From: a virus
IMG/VR virus record: IMGVR_UViG_3300028829_004116
Span: 28,256 to 92,255 of that record
Strand: one strand, 5' to 3'
DNA length: 64,000 nucleotides
The position numbers and the translations under genes are program-made. Positions 1-10,820 of this stretch are shown here, piece by piece (the first letter of the stretch is position 1; the number at the start of each line of letters is the position of its first letter). The notes below the pieces were generated by a model that ran no database searches, was not told the origin of the DNA, and worked only from the letters and a program-made list of their open reading frames with translations.

Positions 1-1
1 G

Positions 2-3000
2 GACATACATGGATTAGAATATGTATATGAAGGAAGGTATTACGGCTATAATGCTAAGGTTATTACTGGCGATAAACCTAACGGATTTACAACTTTAGAC
101 TTTGAACCCGAATCTTCCTACTATTCAAACTCTCATATTTTAAATTCACTTAAAGGAAATTTATTAGTATATAGGACTATCTTTGAAGGTAAGATAGAAT
201 CAACAGAAACTAAGGTTGAACAGGGTCAATTTAAATATGAGATAACTGGTAGAGATGTAATAGGCGACCTTTTAAATACTGCTGTAAATACCAATTATAC
301 TTATTCCGATGAATTCGTTTATAGTACAATGAACCCCTTTAATGAAAATTATACAGACATAGGAAGAAATGTTAGTAGTATTTCAGGTGCAGTAGTAACA
401 GCCGATGGTGCGCCTAATGTAAATTTTGGAGATGTTCTTTATCTTAAGGGAACTCATGGTAGTTTAGACCCTTCTTATTATTTACTTGGTGTTGTAAAAA
501 GTGTAAGTGGGAATGATATTACCTTAGTTAAGGATTGCTATATACGCAAACACACTACCTTCGTTGGAGATACAACATTAGCCACTGATATATACAAGGC
601 GAGAAGGAGTGTATTGGCAGGTAAGACATTAGAAACTTCTCTTAGAAATACCGACAGGGCCACGACTTTAATAGGTAGTGCTGATAAAGGGGCGGTATTT
701 ACAACTGGAAAATATTTTGATTACGGAACTGCGTATGCCGATAATGGTAAATTAAATACAATTACAAGTAGGACAATAGAAGGCTGTACTTTTAGTAATA
801 CTTCAACAACCATAACAACACCTGCGGATGGAACTGCTGATTTAATAGCAGGAATGTTAGTAAGGGGAACGGGCATTCCTGATAAAGCAACCATTGTTAG
901 TATAACAAATACAACTACTTTCACCTTATCGGCTAATACAACTTCTGCTTCTGCAACAGGGGGCAACTCTTTAATTTTTGGAGACTTAAATGGTTTTGAA
1001 ATTAATAATTTAATTACAACAATTAGTGATGATACCGATTATACCGACTCACCAATTGCTTTTGATTTTCACTATAATACTATTTCTTCTATGGTTGACT
1101 TTCCGGTATTAAGTGAAGTAGACACAAAGGATGGATTAACACAGTTTGAGATAGGTTATGTTTCCCCTATTGTTGTAGGTAGAATAGAAACAGATAATTT
1201 ATTAGATACCTTTATTGAAAGTAGCGATACCGCACAAGCGAGTAGAAAGAATAATAGTATTTATTTAATTAACGGACAGGGTATGCCTCTCGGTGGTTTC
1301 TTACATTTACTTGGTGGTGAAGTTAATACTGATAAATCGCCCAAGACATTTAATAATGACTTTGAAGAGGACCCTACATTAAATGGAACAGTTAATAGTC
1401 AATATGCTTTAAGATTTAATTCACCTATTTGGAGATATGTAAATAAGTGTTTTGGTAGATTAACCAGAAATCTTGCTACTAAAATAACAAGTGCTAACAC
1501 TACTTATCCATTTCACTACAATGACTACTATGAAAAGGTAAGTAATTATCATTTTTATGCTTCCGGCTACAAAGCAAGTGTTGGTAGAATACCTACGGCT
1601 GATGAACATAAGGATGATACAGATGCCGATAAACCTTACAGGATAGAACTACCGACAGAAAGAACCGGTCTTTTACCAGCAGTAGGTTCGAGGTCATACG
1701 ATATTACCCGCTATCCTGATAATTTTAATACTTCTGAAAATCACTACGGAAGAAGGTTAGAAATTGACGACACCGGAATTAGTATGGTTGATAGATATAA
1801 GGCTACATATGAATTATATGATAACGATAGTGGCCCTTTACATATTTTTTCCATAGGTGACATTTACCCTGAAAGTAAAAAGAACCCTAATAATATAGGA
1901 TTTACCGAAGGAACTTACAGTAGAAGTATTGCTGACTACGGAGTTGTTTTTAAAGGGCAACCCAAAGGTGCTGAAGTGGTTCTTAGCCATACTAATTGGT
2001 CTGGAGTTTCTACTATTAAAAATAGATTAAACGATGATTATTTTTATCAACCTATTGAATCTTCTAAAGGTGATTTAAAAAGAATGAACCTTGTAAGATT
2101 AACTGATGTTACTTATGACATGATGATGAATGAAGTAGACTATGAAAATTACAAATTTGATAATTTTGGTGGACCTAAAACACATCAAATTATTAGTGAA
2201 CAAATTACCAAAAATAGTCACATAATTAAAAGTTTTACTGAATCAGGATTTAGTCCGATTGACATTACACTTACTTCTAATATTTCAGCAGGAACTACTA
2301 TTGCAGTAAATGATGATGGCTGGTTTGACACTGGAGGTAATTATATATATACTCTCTATACTGACCCTTTTGATTCATATTCAGCAAATAGCGCACACAA
2401 TGATTTTGATTACGGAGTCCCATTATTAATAGGGCAGGTTGCGAGTGTAAGTAATAATACTATTACTATTCCTGCTATAAGTGTTTCTCACCCAGCAGTA
2501 GGTTATACTTCCGGTTCAAAACTTTATGTTACAGTTAAGTTAGCCGCAGAAAGCGCAACTACAAATACTTTAAGTATTTCTGGAAATAATAGACAGCAAT
2601 TTCCTATAATAAAGGTAACAGAAGTAGATAATGGTGATGGTGTAATGGACCATAATTACAATACAACTATGGCTTTAGTTAATGTTGGTGACGGAAATAC
2701 TACCGGTCCGGACCTCGATGCCGGTGATGGTGATATTGCTGAAGAAAATAGATTCCCACTTAATGTTGATAATGGTACTATTGCTGCAACACTTCACGAT
2801 ATTAACGGCATTGTTAAACTTCCTTATATTCCTGATTCCATAACAGATGGAAGTCATTTTAACGGTAATAATGGACTCGAAACAACTACTGGAACTAATA
2901 CCCATATGTTTAGATGGAATTTTGATGCTAACTTTAATGGTGCTGTAATGACTATTACAAATGGAAAGGCTTTAGATTTTTTCCAATCAAACGGGCAGGG

Positions 3001-5293
3001 TAAAATGTGGTTTAACGGTACTACAATGGATATAGGTGCTGTTACAACTTCACAAGTATTTAGCCTTACGGTTGGTTCGGACAGCAGTTATAATCAAGTA
3101 ACATTGAGATTAACAAATGTAACTAATACGGCATTAACCTTTGCTACTGACACGGGGAGTACAAGTCCCGGTTGGTCTAATTCGGATGAAACAAATTGTG
3201 TATTAACAATAAAAGGTCACTCTACAACAGTGAGTAAATCTGCACAGAGATTATTCCCAATAAGAGCAATACAGGACAGCAAACATGGAGGTGCATTTAC
3301 ATTTAAAAATATGCACCCAGTTATTTTAGACATACCTACCTATTCTGGAAATACAGGGTCCGACGCATTAGGAACAAGTATTGAATGTAAGGCTACTGGT
3401 GCTATTATTACAGAAGAACCTGAAAGTATTTCACATTTTTCTATACAAGTAGGTGGGTTTAAACATGATGAAAGCGTATATGATGTAGACGGATTAGAAA
3501 TTTTAGTTCATAACGATTCAACAAGTAGTTCTGCTACCCCCGGAATATATGAAAATAATATTGGTGGAACAAATTTTGCTGGAGTAAGACCGATAGAAGT
3601 TTTATTCAAACCATTTATAGATGTATCAGATTTCACAGTAACAACACATGCCGATGATGCTAGTTTAAAAACTACTGAAAAGATTTTATCTACTAATATG
3701 AAGGTAGATGTTTTAGATTATAACGCCGGTAGCGGCACTAATGAATGGTTATGTTATTCTAATAATTTGACAGGTTACTATTTATATGGAAATAATAAAT
3801 TATATAAAATTATTTCTCACACTGTTGCTAAAGACTCTACAACATTTAAACATTATTTAAAAATAGATAATACCAATATTGCCAGCACAGGTCCTACGGT
3901 AGCCGCTACCCCAAGTGGTAATTTAACTCTTATGAAAATTAATCAAACCTGTACTTACGATTATTCACCTAAAGAAATACAATTAAATAAGCCTTCTTAT
4001 CTTTACACTAAAAAACCCGGACATGATAAAATGACAGATAAAGTACCTTCAGCACTTGATATAAGAGGTGGAAAGGAAATTCTTAATGGTGGATATTATT
4101 TAAGTGGTATCGCAAGGGGAGGTATTGAATCTTTATATACTGTAATTGAACCTGATGGCACTGGAGGTAGTTATTTAATACCTCGGACAAATTCTGATAT
4201 TTCATTTACAAATAGTTTTTCAATTAATAGCGAACATTCAGTGTATATAACTGACGGTATTAATTCACTAAGAACTTCTATGTTTGTAAGTAATAATAAG
4301 TCGTTGTCATTTACAGATATGAAAGAGATGAAAGGCACACCTTCTATCGGAAGTATTTTTACTATTACTACTAACCAAAATCCAGACTTTAAACCTGAAT
4401 CAATTAGTATCTGCGCCCCGTTTAAAGTCGTGAGAGAAGCAGAAGAAATTGCCGATGATATTTTATCTAAGGTTGGATTACCGTATAATAAATCAGATAA
4501 TACCGACAGATATTATTTAGCGGCAAATTACACAGGAGAGAATGCTCTTACTGCCACTAATAATGCCTTATCATTTAAAGGTTTAAAATTAAAAACAGCA
4601 GGGCAGGATATAATTATTACCAGTGATGAAGATGAAAAGGATTATAGAGATATTGTTTTTGATGAAGATGATGATAAATATTCTATCATTAGTATTAAAA
4701 AGGACAAAACTCTCTATGATAGATTTAACAAAGTAATTTTATACGGAGATGGAGTTAGAGGGTTTGCTTCTAATTACAGAGATATTAAAAAACGCAATAG
4801 AGAATATGTTAAAGAAGTCTACGACTTTTCAATTGTAGATTCAAAACAAGTACAAGAAAAGGCAATTAAATTATTAAAATTATTTACAAATTTACAGGAA
4901 GCCGTTGAGATTGAAGTTGGCAATAGAATACCTTTCTTAGAATCAGGACATATAGTTACAGTTAGTTTCCCAACTGAGGGTATTGATAGAGGGGAATATG
5001 TGGTAATAGAAGTTAATAGAGAAATGGCCTACCCCGTTAAAATACTGCTTGGACAATATAATAGAGATTTAGCAAATACATTTTCCATGTTACTTTCGGA
5101 AACACGCAATTTACAAGGGAGGTCTAAGCAAAAAGTTTATACGAGTGTGACCTCTCCTAATGTTGATATACAAGCGATGAAGGTGAAATTAGTTAGGGCG
5201 AGCATAACTAAAACAACACAAGCAACTGCCAGTAGTGGTTCAACATTAGGATTAACAAAGGGATTAGGTTTAGATTCGGGGATGGGACTATGA
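2..5293 (+). CDS. Giant tail/baseplate-associated structural protein (5'-truncated by the window edge)
   Basis: The frame of the 329..5293 ORF is open back to position 2, so the gene begins upstream. T/G/S/N-rich beta-type sequence, a C-terminal region resembling phage tail/hub proteins, and position before the fibre gene. Confidence 0.7.
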   Translation, partial: DIHGLEYVYEGRYYGYNAKVITGDKPNGFTTLDFEPESSYYSNSHILNSLKGNLLVYRTIFEGKIESTETKVEQGQFKYEITGRDVIGDLLNTAVNTNYTYSDEFVYSTMNPFNENYTDIGRNVSSISGAVVTADGAPNVNFGDVLYLKGTHGSLDPSYYLLGVVKSVSGNDITLVKDCYIRKHTTFVGDTTLATDIYKARRSVLAGKTLETSLRNTDRATTLIGSADKGAVFTTGKYFDYGTAYADNGKLNTITSRTIEGCTFSNTSTTITTPADGTADLIAGMLVRGTGIPDKATIVSITNTTTFTLSANTTSASATGGNSLIFGDLNGFEINNLITTISDDTDYTDSPIAFDFHYNTISSMVDFPVLSEVDTKDGLTQFEIGYVSPIVVGRIETDNLLDTFIESSDTAQASRKNNSIYLINGQGMPLGGFLHLLGGEVNTDKSPKTFNNDFEEDPTLNGTVNSQYALRFNSPIWRYVNKCFGRLTRNLATKITSANTTYPFHYNDYYEKVSNYHFYASGYKASVGRIPTADEHKDDTDADKPYRIELPTERTGLLPAVGSRSYDITRYPDNFNTSENHYGRRLEIDDTGISMVDRYKATYELYDNDSGPLHIFSIGDIYPESKKNPNNIGFTEGTYSRSIADYGVVFKGQPKGAEVVLSHTNWSGVSTIKNRLNDDYFYQPIESSKGDLKRMNLVRLTDVTYDMMMNEVDYENYKFDNFGGPKTHQIISEQITKNSHIIKSFTESGFSPIDITLTSNISAGTTIAVNDDGWFDTGGNYIYTLYTDPFDSYSANSAHNDFDYGVPLLIGQVASVSNNTITIPAISVSHPAVGYTSGSKLYVTVKLAAESATTNTLSISGNNRQQFPIIKVTEVDNGDGVMDHNYNTTMALVNVGDGNTTGPDLDAGDGDIAEENRFPLNVDNGTIAATLHDINGIVKLPYIPDSITDGSHFNGNNGLETTTGTNTHMFRWNFDANFNGAVMTITNGKALDFFQSNGQGKMWFNGTTMDIGAVTTSQVFSLTVGSDSSYNQVTLRLTNVTNTALTFATDTGSTSPGWSNSDETNCVLTIKGHSTTVSKSAQRLFPIRAIQDSKHGGAFTFKNMHPVILDIPTYSGNTGSDALGTSIECKATGAIITEEPESISHFSIQVGGFKHDESVYDVDGLEILVHNDSTSSSATPGIYENNIGGTNFAGVRPIEVLFKPFIDVSDFTVTTHADDASLKTTEKILSTNMKVDVLDYNAGSGTNEWLCYSNNLTGYYLYGNNKLYKIISHTVAKDSTTFKHYLKIDNTNIASTGPTVAATPSGNLTLMKINQTCTYDYSPKEIQLNKPSYLYTKKPGHDKMTDKVPSALDIRGGKEILNGGYYLSGIARGGIESLYTVIEPDGTGGSYLIPRTNSDISFTNSFSINSEHSVYITDGINSLRTSMFVSNNKSLSFTDMKEMKGTPSIGSIFTITTNQNPDFKPESISICAPFKVVREAEEIADDILSKVGLPYNKSDNTDRYYLAANYTGENALTATNNALSFKGLKLKTAGQDIIITSDEDEKDYRDIVFDEDDDKYSIISIKKDKTLYDRFNKVILYGDGVRGFASNYRDIKKRNREYVKEVYDFSIVDSKQVQEKAIKLLKLFTNLQEAVEIEVGNRIPFLESGHIVTVSFPTEGIDRGEYVVIEVNREMAYPVKILLGQYNRDLANTFSMLLSETRNLQGRSKQKVYTSVTSPNVDIQAMKVKLVRASITKTTQATASSGSTLGLTKGLGLDSGMGL

Positions 5294-5634
5294 TTACAAA
5301 ACAAGCAAGGGCTACAATAAAAGCAGATGTAATTTCTACATACACTCATTTTGAAGTAGGAACAGGTGGAGATTCTACAAACCCTAATGCTAATTCCTTA
5401 GACGCACCTTTAGCAAACAGGGCTACTGTAACTTCTGTTTCAAGTGGCGAATCCTCAGTAGATTTTTCTTTTACAGTTCAAGGTTCTACATTTGTAGGAC
5501 ACACGATTAAAGAAGTAGGAATCTTTTCAGCATCAACGGGTGGTAATATGTTGTTAAGAGTTAATTACGATGGCATTGGGCCATTAACATCACTCGATGA
5601 AATAGAATTTATTATAACAGTGGAAGTGGACTAA
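5290..5634 (+). CDS. Small tail/baseplate-like structural protein
   Basis: ATGA-coupled; VGTGG...IKEVGIF...GNMLLR pattern typical of tail-fibre attachment domains. Confidence 0.6.
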   Translation: MITKQARATIKADVISTYTHFEVGTGGDSTNPNANSLDAPLANRATVTSVSSGESSVDFSFTVQGSTFVGHTIKEVGIFSASTGGNMLLRVNYDGIGPLTSLDEIEFIITVEVD

Positions 5635-7952
5635 TGACAATAACGACAGCAAATCAAAAAGGAATAACAACTTTGGGTGGAACCAGCGGTTTAGTAGACC
5701 AAACAGATAAAATGCACAGTGGACTTATAAAGGCTTTAGAGGTATTTGGACAGGGTAGAAAAATTATGGGACACGCTGGATTTGAAATATATGATTCGGG
5801 TTCCTATGTGGGTTATAGACTTAAACAACCTATACACTTTTTAGATTTAGGTCGCCATGTTACATATGAAACAAATTTAGAAGTTTCATATACTTCTCAA
5901 CAAAGAGATGCTAATTATGATAAATATGATTGGGTTGTATTAGTTCCTAATCATGGTGGTAATCCTGCACTTCTTATTGTTCCGGGGACTCTCGACGGTG
6001 CTAACGCTTTAGTTTCGGATATAACAGAAGGTTGTATTCCCGTTGCTTTGATTAAGGTTCCTGCTGGAACAGATACCGACGATACCACCGGTTATCAAGC
6101 ACAGTTATATACATTTAATAATCGTCGCCAAGATTTATCACTTGGATATGATGACGGGGCAACGCCACCTTATTATAAAAATACATTAACTGCTATTTCA
6201 TCCGCAGGAGGAACTACTTTTACTAATACTATTGGAGATTTAATTTTTGACAATACAGATGTTAACGACCAAATTGTTATGAGATTAGGAACTGATACTA
6301 CTGCTACCGCTTTTGAAGTTAGAAACGATTCCGACACAGCCGCTTTTAAAGTTAATGGTTTATCCGCTACTGATGTTGTAGGTAATTTAGTTGTCACACA
6401 GGGTTCAGCAGGTGGACAAATAGCACTTAAGATTGATAATGATGATGTTGATAAAGTTGCTTTAGGTATTGAAGCCGCAAATACAACTGCTAATGTTTTA
6501 GATATTACTGCTAATGCTTTGACTACCGGTGCGGTTATTAAAAGTTCTTCGACGGCATTAACTACTGGGGCGGCTATTGATTTAATTTCTACTTCTACAC
6601 CTGCTGATGGTAGTGGTTCTACACCCCACACTTTTAAAACTACTCAAGCGGGAACTGGAACTCATACAGTAAAGGGGCTACTTGTAGATGTAAATAAAAC
6701 CGGAGTTACGGATAATGGGAAAACAACTACTCTTACTGGAATACATTTAGATGTTGATGATACGGCTACAAATAATTCAGTAGGAACAGTAACTATGACA
6801 GGTTTAGATATAGATGTGAACTCGGCTAGTGATACTGGAACCATAAAAAACATTGGATTAGATGTAGAGGTTGCAGGGGCAGATACTAATTATGCCGCTT
6901 TATTTAATGGTGGTAATGTTGGTATTGGGACAACAGCACCAGAAAGAGCATTAGAAATAGAAGCCGCTTCAAACCCCGGAATTAGATTACAAGAAACGGG
7001 TCAATCGGGATATTTAGAGATGTTTGGTTTAGCAGATAGCCAAGCACAGATTAAAGCCACTAACGCAACTTCGGGAGAAACATGTAGTCTTGATATAGAT
7101 GTATCAACTGTATCGGGTAATAATCAAGTAATAAGATTTTTCCGTAATGCTAATACATCTTCTGCTGGTATTATCCAAGTTCACGACCCCGGAGAAGTAA
7201 CAACAACTTTAGCAGTTGTAGCCGCTAATGGAAAGACCTCGATAGGAAGTGGAACAGTTGATGCTAATTCAATGCTAACAGTCGAAGGGGCAATTTCTTT
7301 AGATGAAATAGGAGTTGCACCTACTAATACTGCTGATAGAGCGCAACTATATGCAATACAGGGAGATAGACATTTGCGTTATGTAGATGGTGCTGGTGTT
7401 GATTTACCTATATTATTAGGAGGAAAACATTCTATTTGGATTCCCGCAGAAGCAATTAGTCCGAGAAGTAATGCTGGTTGTGGTGCTTTGGCTACAACAG
7501 CCGCCGCTACAAATGGAAGACCTGATATTAGAGCATTACCTTTTGATAAAGATTCAGATGAACATGGACAATTTACAATAGCGATGCCCGCTACTTGGAA
7601 TGGAGGAACTGTGACAGCACAATTTTATTGGACTTCAACTTCTTCAACAACTTCCCATGATGTAACTTGGGCTATTCAAGGTGTTTCTTTAGCAAATGAT
7701 AATCCAATTGACACCGCTTTTGGAACTGCCGTGGTTAAACACGATACAGTAATAGCGGCTAAAGACCTTCATATTAGTGGTGAAACAGGTGCAATAACTG
7801 TTGCAGGTGCAGGTGCAGGAGAATTAGTTTGTTTTCAAGTTTATCGAGATGTTGATGGAAACGGAACTGCCGCTAATGATGATTTAAATGTTGATGCTTT
7901 ATTAATGGGAGTTAAAATATTTTATACTATTTCAAGAGGAAATGAGTCGTGA
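5634..7952 (+). CDS. Tail fibre / receptor-binding protein
   Basis: 772 aa, G/T/A/D-rich; GNVGIGTTAP motif typical of phage fibres; C-terminal beta-sandwich-like domain. Confidence 0.7.
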   Translation: MTITTANQKGITTLGGTSGLVDQTDKMHSGLIKALEVFGQGRKIMGHAGFEIYDSGSYVGYRLKQPIHFLDLGRHVTYETNLEVSYTSQQRDANYDKYDWVVLVPNHGGNPALLIVPGTLDGANALVSDITEGCIPVALIKVPAGTDTDDTTGYQAQLYTFNNRRQDLSLGYDDGATPPYYKNTLTAISSAGGTTFTNTIGDLIFDNTDVNDQIVMRLGTDTTATAFEVRNDSDTAAFKVNGLSATDVVGNLVVTQGSAGGQIALKIDNDDVDKVALGIEAANTTANVLDITANALTTGAVIKSSSTALTTGAAIDLISTSTPADGSGSTPHTFKTTQAGTGTHTVKGLLVDVNKTGVTDNGKTTTLTGIHLDVDDTATNNSVGTVTMTGLDIDVNSASDTGTIKNIGLDVEVAGADTNYAALFNGGNVGIGTTAPERALEIEAASNPGIRLQETGQSGYLEMFGLADSQAQIKATNATSGETCSLDIDVSTVSGNNQVIRFFRNANTSSAGIIQVHDPGEVTTTLAVVAANGKTSIGSGTVDANSMLTVEGAISLDEIGVAPTNTADRAQLYAIQGDRHLRYVDGAGVDLPILLGGKHSIWIPAEAISPRSNAGCGALATTAAATNGRPDIRALPFDKDSDEHGQFTIAMPATWNGGTVTAQFYWTSTSSTTSHDVTWAIQGVSLANDNPIDTAFGTAVVKHDTVIAAKDLHISGETGAITVAGAGAGELVCFQVYRDVDGNGTAANDDLNVDALLMGVKIFYTISRGNES

Positions 7953-8418
7953 TACTATGTTTGGTAGAACAGTAAATGGGTTTGGTTCTTATGCAAATAG
8001 AACAGTAGCGGTTTCAGCAGTATCGGATATTTACAGTGAAGATGATATTGGAACAGGTGCAACAGGTGATGGTAATAGTAAGTTCACTAAAACCGTAGGA
8101 GGTTCTGCAACACATAATCAAAGGGTATTAGAACCATTAGAGGTTTCAGGAGGACAAGCAGTTACAGTTGGATTAAATGGTGAATGGACTGGAACGGAAA
8201 CTTCTATAAGTTGGTCTATATTAGAACTGGATAATGGTGCGGGTTTAGTTACTGGTATTTCTCCATCAAGCGGAACATCGGCAGGTTTTGACCCAGTATT
8301 TACAATAGCAGGTGGTAATCAACAAGGTAATCAGGCACTTTATCAACTTACATTACAGGTAGTAAATAGCGGTGGAACTACAACTAAAAATTGGGATTTT
8401 ATAATACTCGTTCCGTGA
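7942..8418 (+). CDS. Putative structural protein (Ig/PKD-like beta domain)
   Basis: G/T/S-rich, YQLTLQVVN strand pattern, overlaps the end of the fibre gene. Confidence 0.45.
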   Translation: MSRDTMFGRTVNGFGSYANRTVAVSAVSDIYSEDDIGTGATGDGNSKFTKTVGGSATHNQRVLEPLEVSGGQAVTVGLNGEWTGTETSISWSILELDNGAGLVTGISPSSGTSAGFDPVFTIAGGNQQGNQALYQLTLQVVNSGGTTTKNWDFIILVP

Positions 8419-8462
8419 TAATAGACAAATATTAAATAGTCGTTATTAGTTCGTTTATAATA

Positions 8463-8681
8463 GTGGTAGGCATGTCTGATTTAGATGAAGTCCTTGAAAG
8501 AGATTCGGATGGTAAGATTAATTGGCTTGTCTCGAAAGTGAATGACATTGACACACGAGTTCACACTATTGAAACAAACCATTTATTTCACATGGAAAAA
8601 GACATGGCTATGTTACGAAAGGGAGTTTATCTTCTTGCCGCAATCGGTATTACATATTTAACGGGAGTACAATTACTATGA
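8463..8681 (+). CDS. Small membrane protein with coiled coil and C-terminal TM helix (lysis-associated candidate)
   Basis: IETNHLFH followed by hydrophobic C-terminus GVYLLAAIGITYLTGVQLL. Confidence 0.5.
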   Translation: MVGMSDLDEVLERDSDGKINWLVSKVNDIDTRVHTIETNHLFHMEKDMAMLRKGVYLLAAIGITYLTGVQLL

Positions 8682-9118
8682 AACAAACAAAAGATACATT
8701 TAATGACAGAATGGTTAAGCGAACAGTATTACCAGCAATTTATCTATGGCTTTTAGCCGCAGGTTCAGTAGTGGCTATGGGTATTTTAAAACCCGATGTA
8801 GTCTTGAATAACCTTGATGGGTTTATTGCTCTTATAGCAATTATTGGTGGAACTGCCGCCCCTGCTCTTTCAACAGTTTTGCGTATGTGGGAATCCGAAC
8901 AGACCATTGAGATTGATAATATGGGCGTTGAAATGGAACATGAGCGTGACCGTGATGCACTAAAGAAGCAACACTTAATTGACTTAGAAAAGGTTCAACA
9001 GAAGCATGAACACGCCCTACTTACTGCGGCTCAAGAGCATAAACATATTGTTGAGAAGCATAAAGAAACCATTGTTAAACTTACACCTATCCATAAGATG
9101 GGTGAAAATACGGAGTAA
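8678..9118 (+). CDS. Two-TM membrane protein with His/Glu/Lys-rich tail (holin-like candidate)
   Basis: Two hydrophobic segments, charged coiled-coil C-terminus, position after tail genes. Confidence 0.5.
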   Translation: MKQTKDTFNDRMVKRTVLPAIYLWLLAAGSVVAMGILKPDVVLNNLDGFIALIAIIGGTAAPALSTVLRMWESEQTIEIDNMGVEMEHERDRDALKKQHLIDLEKVQQKHEHALLTAAQEHKHIVEKHKETIVKLTPIHKMGENTE

Positions 9119-9123
9119 TAAAT

Positions 9124-9267
9124 ATGTGGCGAGATACTTTAAAAAAGGATGCTGAAACTTATTTTAGAGAAAAAATTGCGGAGTATGAGCGCAGATTAAA
9201 AAGGGACCCGAAAGATGTTAAGGCTAAAAATGCCTTGAAATATTATAGAGAACAATTAGGTGAGTAA
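9124..9267 (+). CDS. Small protein with W-x-D-x-L-K leader variant (47 aa, MWRDTLKK...), not in ORF track
   Basis: Manually translated; fills the gap between neighbouring genes. Confidence 0.6.
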   Translation: MWRDTLKKDAETYFREKIAEYERRLKRDPKDVKAKNALKYYREQLGE

Positions 9268-9381
9268 ATGACACGATGTAATTTTTTAGATACTTGGTTT
9301 GATGAACAGTCAAAGATAATAGATAAAAAAGAAGAGAAAACTAAGAAAGATTTTGTAACTGGAAAGGAGGTAAAAAAATGA
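9268..9381 (+). CDS. Small hypothetical protein (37 aa, MTRCNFLDTWFDEQ...)
   Basis: Manually translated; abuts the upstream stop and is ATGA-coupled to the next gene. Confidence 0.55.
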   Translation: MTRCNFLDTWFDEQSKIIDKKEEKTKKDFVTGKEVKK

Positions 9382-9713
9382 GTTGGCAAGATATATTAAA
9401 AGTTCATCCCATGTCACTAAAAGTTATAGGTTCTGCTATAAGACAGGCAATTAGTAATCATTTAGAAGAAACGGGTAGAAAAGATGTGTATGAGTTTGAA
9501 GAAATTATAAAACTGTTTCCTAAATATTTAGAAATAACGGGACAAAAATCTAAAGCAAGGTTAAAAAATAAATTTGAAAAGATGGTGATGAGATATATTC
9601 CCGAAGGATATGGAAAATTAAAAGAATTATTAACCGATAAAAAAGGTTATGCTATACCGAGTTCTATTGAATCCGCAATTACCGGATGGAAAAAAATAGG
9701 TGAAAACGAATGA
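9378..9713 (+). CDS. MSWQDILK-leader protein
   Basis: GGAGG RBS; shared leader. Confidence 0.75.
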   Translation: MSWQDILKVHPMSLKVIGSAIRQAISNHLEETGRKDVYEFEEIIKLFPKYLEITGQKSKARLKNKFEKMVMRYIPEGYGKLKELLTDKKGYAIPSSIESAITGWKKIGENE

Positions 9714-9886
9714 GTTGGCAGGACATTCTAAAATACAATCGAAAACATTATGTTCGTGCAGGTCGTAAGCATAATGACCCTAAAACAATTAGTGTTCATC
9801 AAAAAATTTTAGAAATAGTTAATGACCCTAATATTCCAAGAAGAGAATTAGGTGCAAGAATAAAACAAATTTTAGAAGAGGAATAA
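9710..9886 (+). CDS. MSWQDILK-leader protein (58 aa), not in ORF track
   Basis: GGTGA RBS, ATGA coupling, identical leader peptide. Confidence 0.75.
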   Translation: MSWQDILKYNRKHYVRAGRKHNDPKTISVHQKILEIVNDPNIPRRELGARIKQILEEE

Positions 9887-9921
9887 CTTTAGGCTAAAAA
9901 ATCAAATCGAAAAATTTGCAT

Positions 9922-9962
9922 AAAAAAAGCCCCGACCCCCTATGGGGCCGAGGCCAAAAAAA
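9922..9962 (-). terminator. GC-rich hairpin with T-tract at the convergence of the late and replication modules
   Basis: AAAAAAA GCCCCGACCCC cta TGGGGCCGAGGC CAAAAAAA; reads hairpin+T7 on the - strand. Confidence 0.6.
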
Positions 9963-10045
9963 GTATCTTTCTAACTGTTATCTTTCTTCATAGGGTATAT
10001 GACCCCCCGAAATTGAACAGAACATTTTTTTAGGTTGAAACTCAA

Positions 10046-10639
10046 TTACCACTCCAAATCAATCTTCACCAACTCTCCTAAGTCTTCATCAAAAAAACTT
10101 AGATTGCCATTTTCCACACCCATTTTCCACACATCTAAAGTAAGTTGAGAATCCTTTAGGCAATACTTTGCCACATCTTCATACTTACCTTCACTCCACC
10201 ACCGGACAGCCATAAGTCCATCACCAGACTTTTGCGAATTAAGATTACACTTAGCGAGATTATCTAATTGAACTCGCTTACCTGCCGCCTTTGTCACCAT
10301 TCTTGATGTATCAATACAACGGGTTTCTTTCTCTTCGAGATACTTACGGACAATGTAAATGTCCATTGAATCTCGCAACGCAGGTAAATCAAATGCTACA
10401 ATATTGTGTCCAAGTAATTTACCTCCTTTTTGAAAGTGGTCGTCTAAGTCATACTTTAATTGCTTTAACTCCTTAACAACCGCACCTTCTATTTCCATAG
10501 GCTTATCAATATAAACCGTATTATTCTCTCCATCCGTAGTAGTAACACAAGTTACTTGCCACATATGGGTATTCTGCCAACCGCCTATATCAGCGGCTGT
10601 ATTTCCTGTTTCTATATCAAACGACAATATATTATTCAT
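10046..10639 (-). CDS. DEDD 3'-5' exonuclease (RNase H-like)
   Basis: SFDIET, GHNIVAFD, YCLKD = Exo I/II/III motifs. Confidence 0.85.
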   Translation of the reverse strand: MNNILSFDIETGNTAADIGGWQNTHMWQVTCVTTTDGENNTVYIDKPMEIEGAVVKELKQLKYDLDDHFQKGGKLLGHNIVAFDLPALRDSMDIYIVRKYLEEKETRCIDTSRMVTKAAGKRVQLDNLAKCNLNSQKSGDGLMAVRWWSEGKYEDVAKYCLKDSQLTLDVWKMGVENGNLSFFDEDLGELVKIDLEW

Positions 10640-10820
10640 TTTTTTTCACTTCCATATTTTTAATTACATCAACGGGATAATTCATGTCCATCATTTCTAT
10701 GATTTTCAATAACATTTCTTCATCTATGTAATTAATAAATAAATCAATTATATCTTCCCTTGAAACTTCTTCTTCATCTAACACTTGTCTAAAGCGTAGT
10801 ATTCTATTTTTCATATACAT
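10632..10820 (-). CDS. Hypothetical protein
   Basis: Coupled ORF in the operon. Confidence 0.55.
   Translation of the reverse strand: MYMKNRILRFRQVLDEEEVSREDIIDLFINYIDEEMLLKIIEMMDMNYPVDVIKNMEVKKNE

Noticed and set aside
721-6853. Antisense ORFs inside tail genes (721-966, 2675-2905, 6173-6631, 6662-6853) and similar shadows elsewhere
   Set aside because: Fully nested opposite long genes; a by-product of codon bias.
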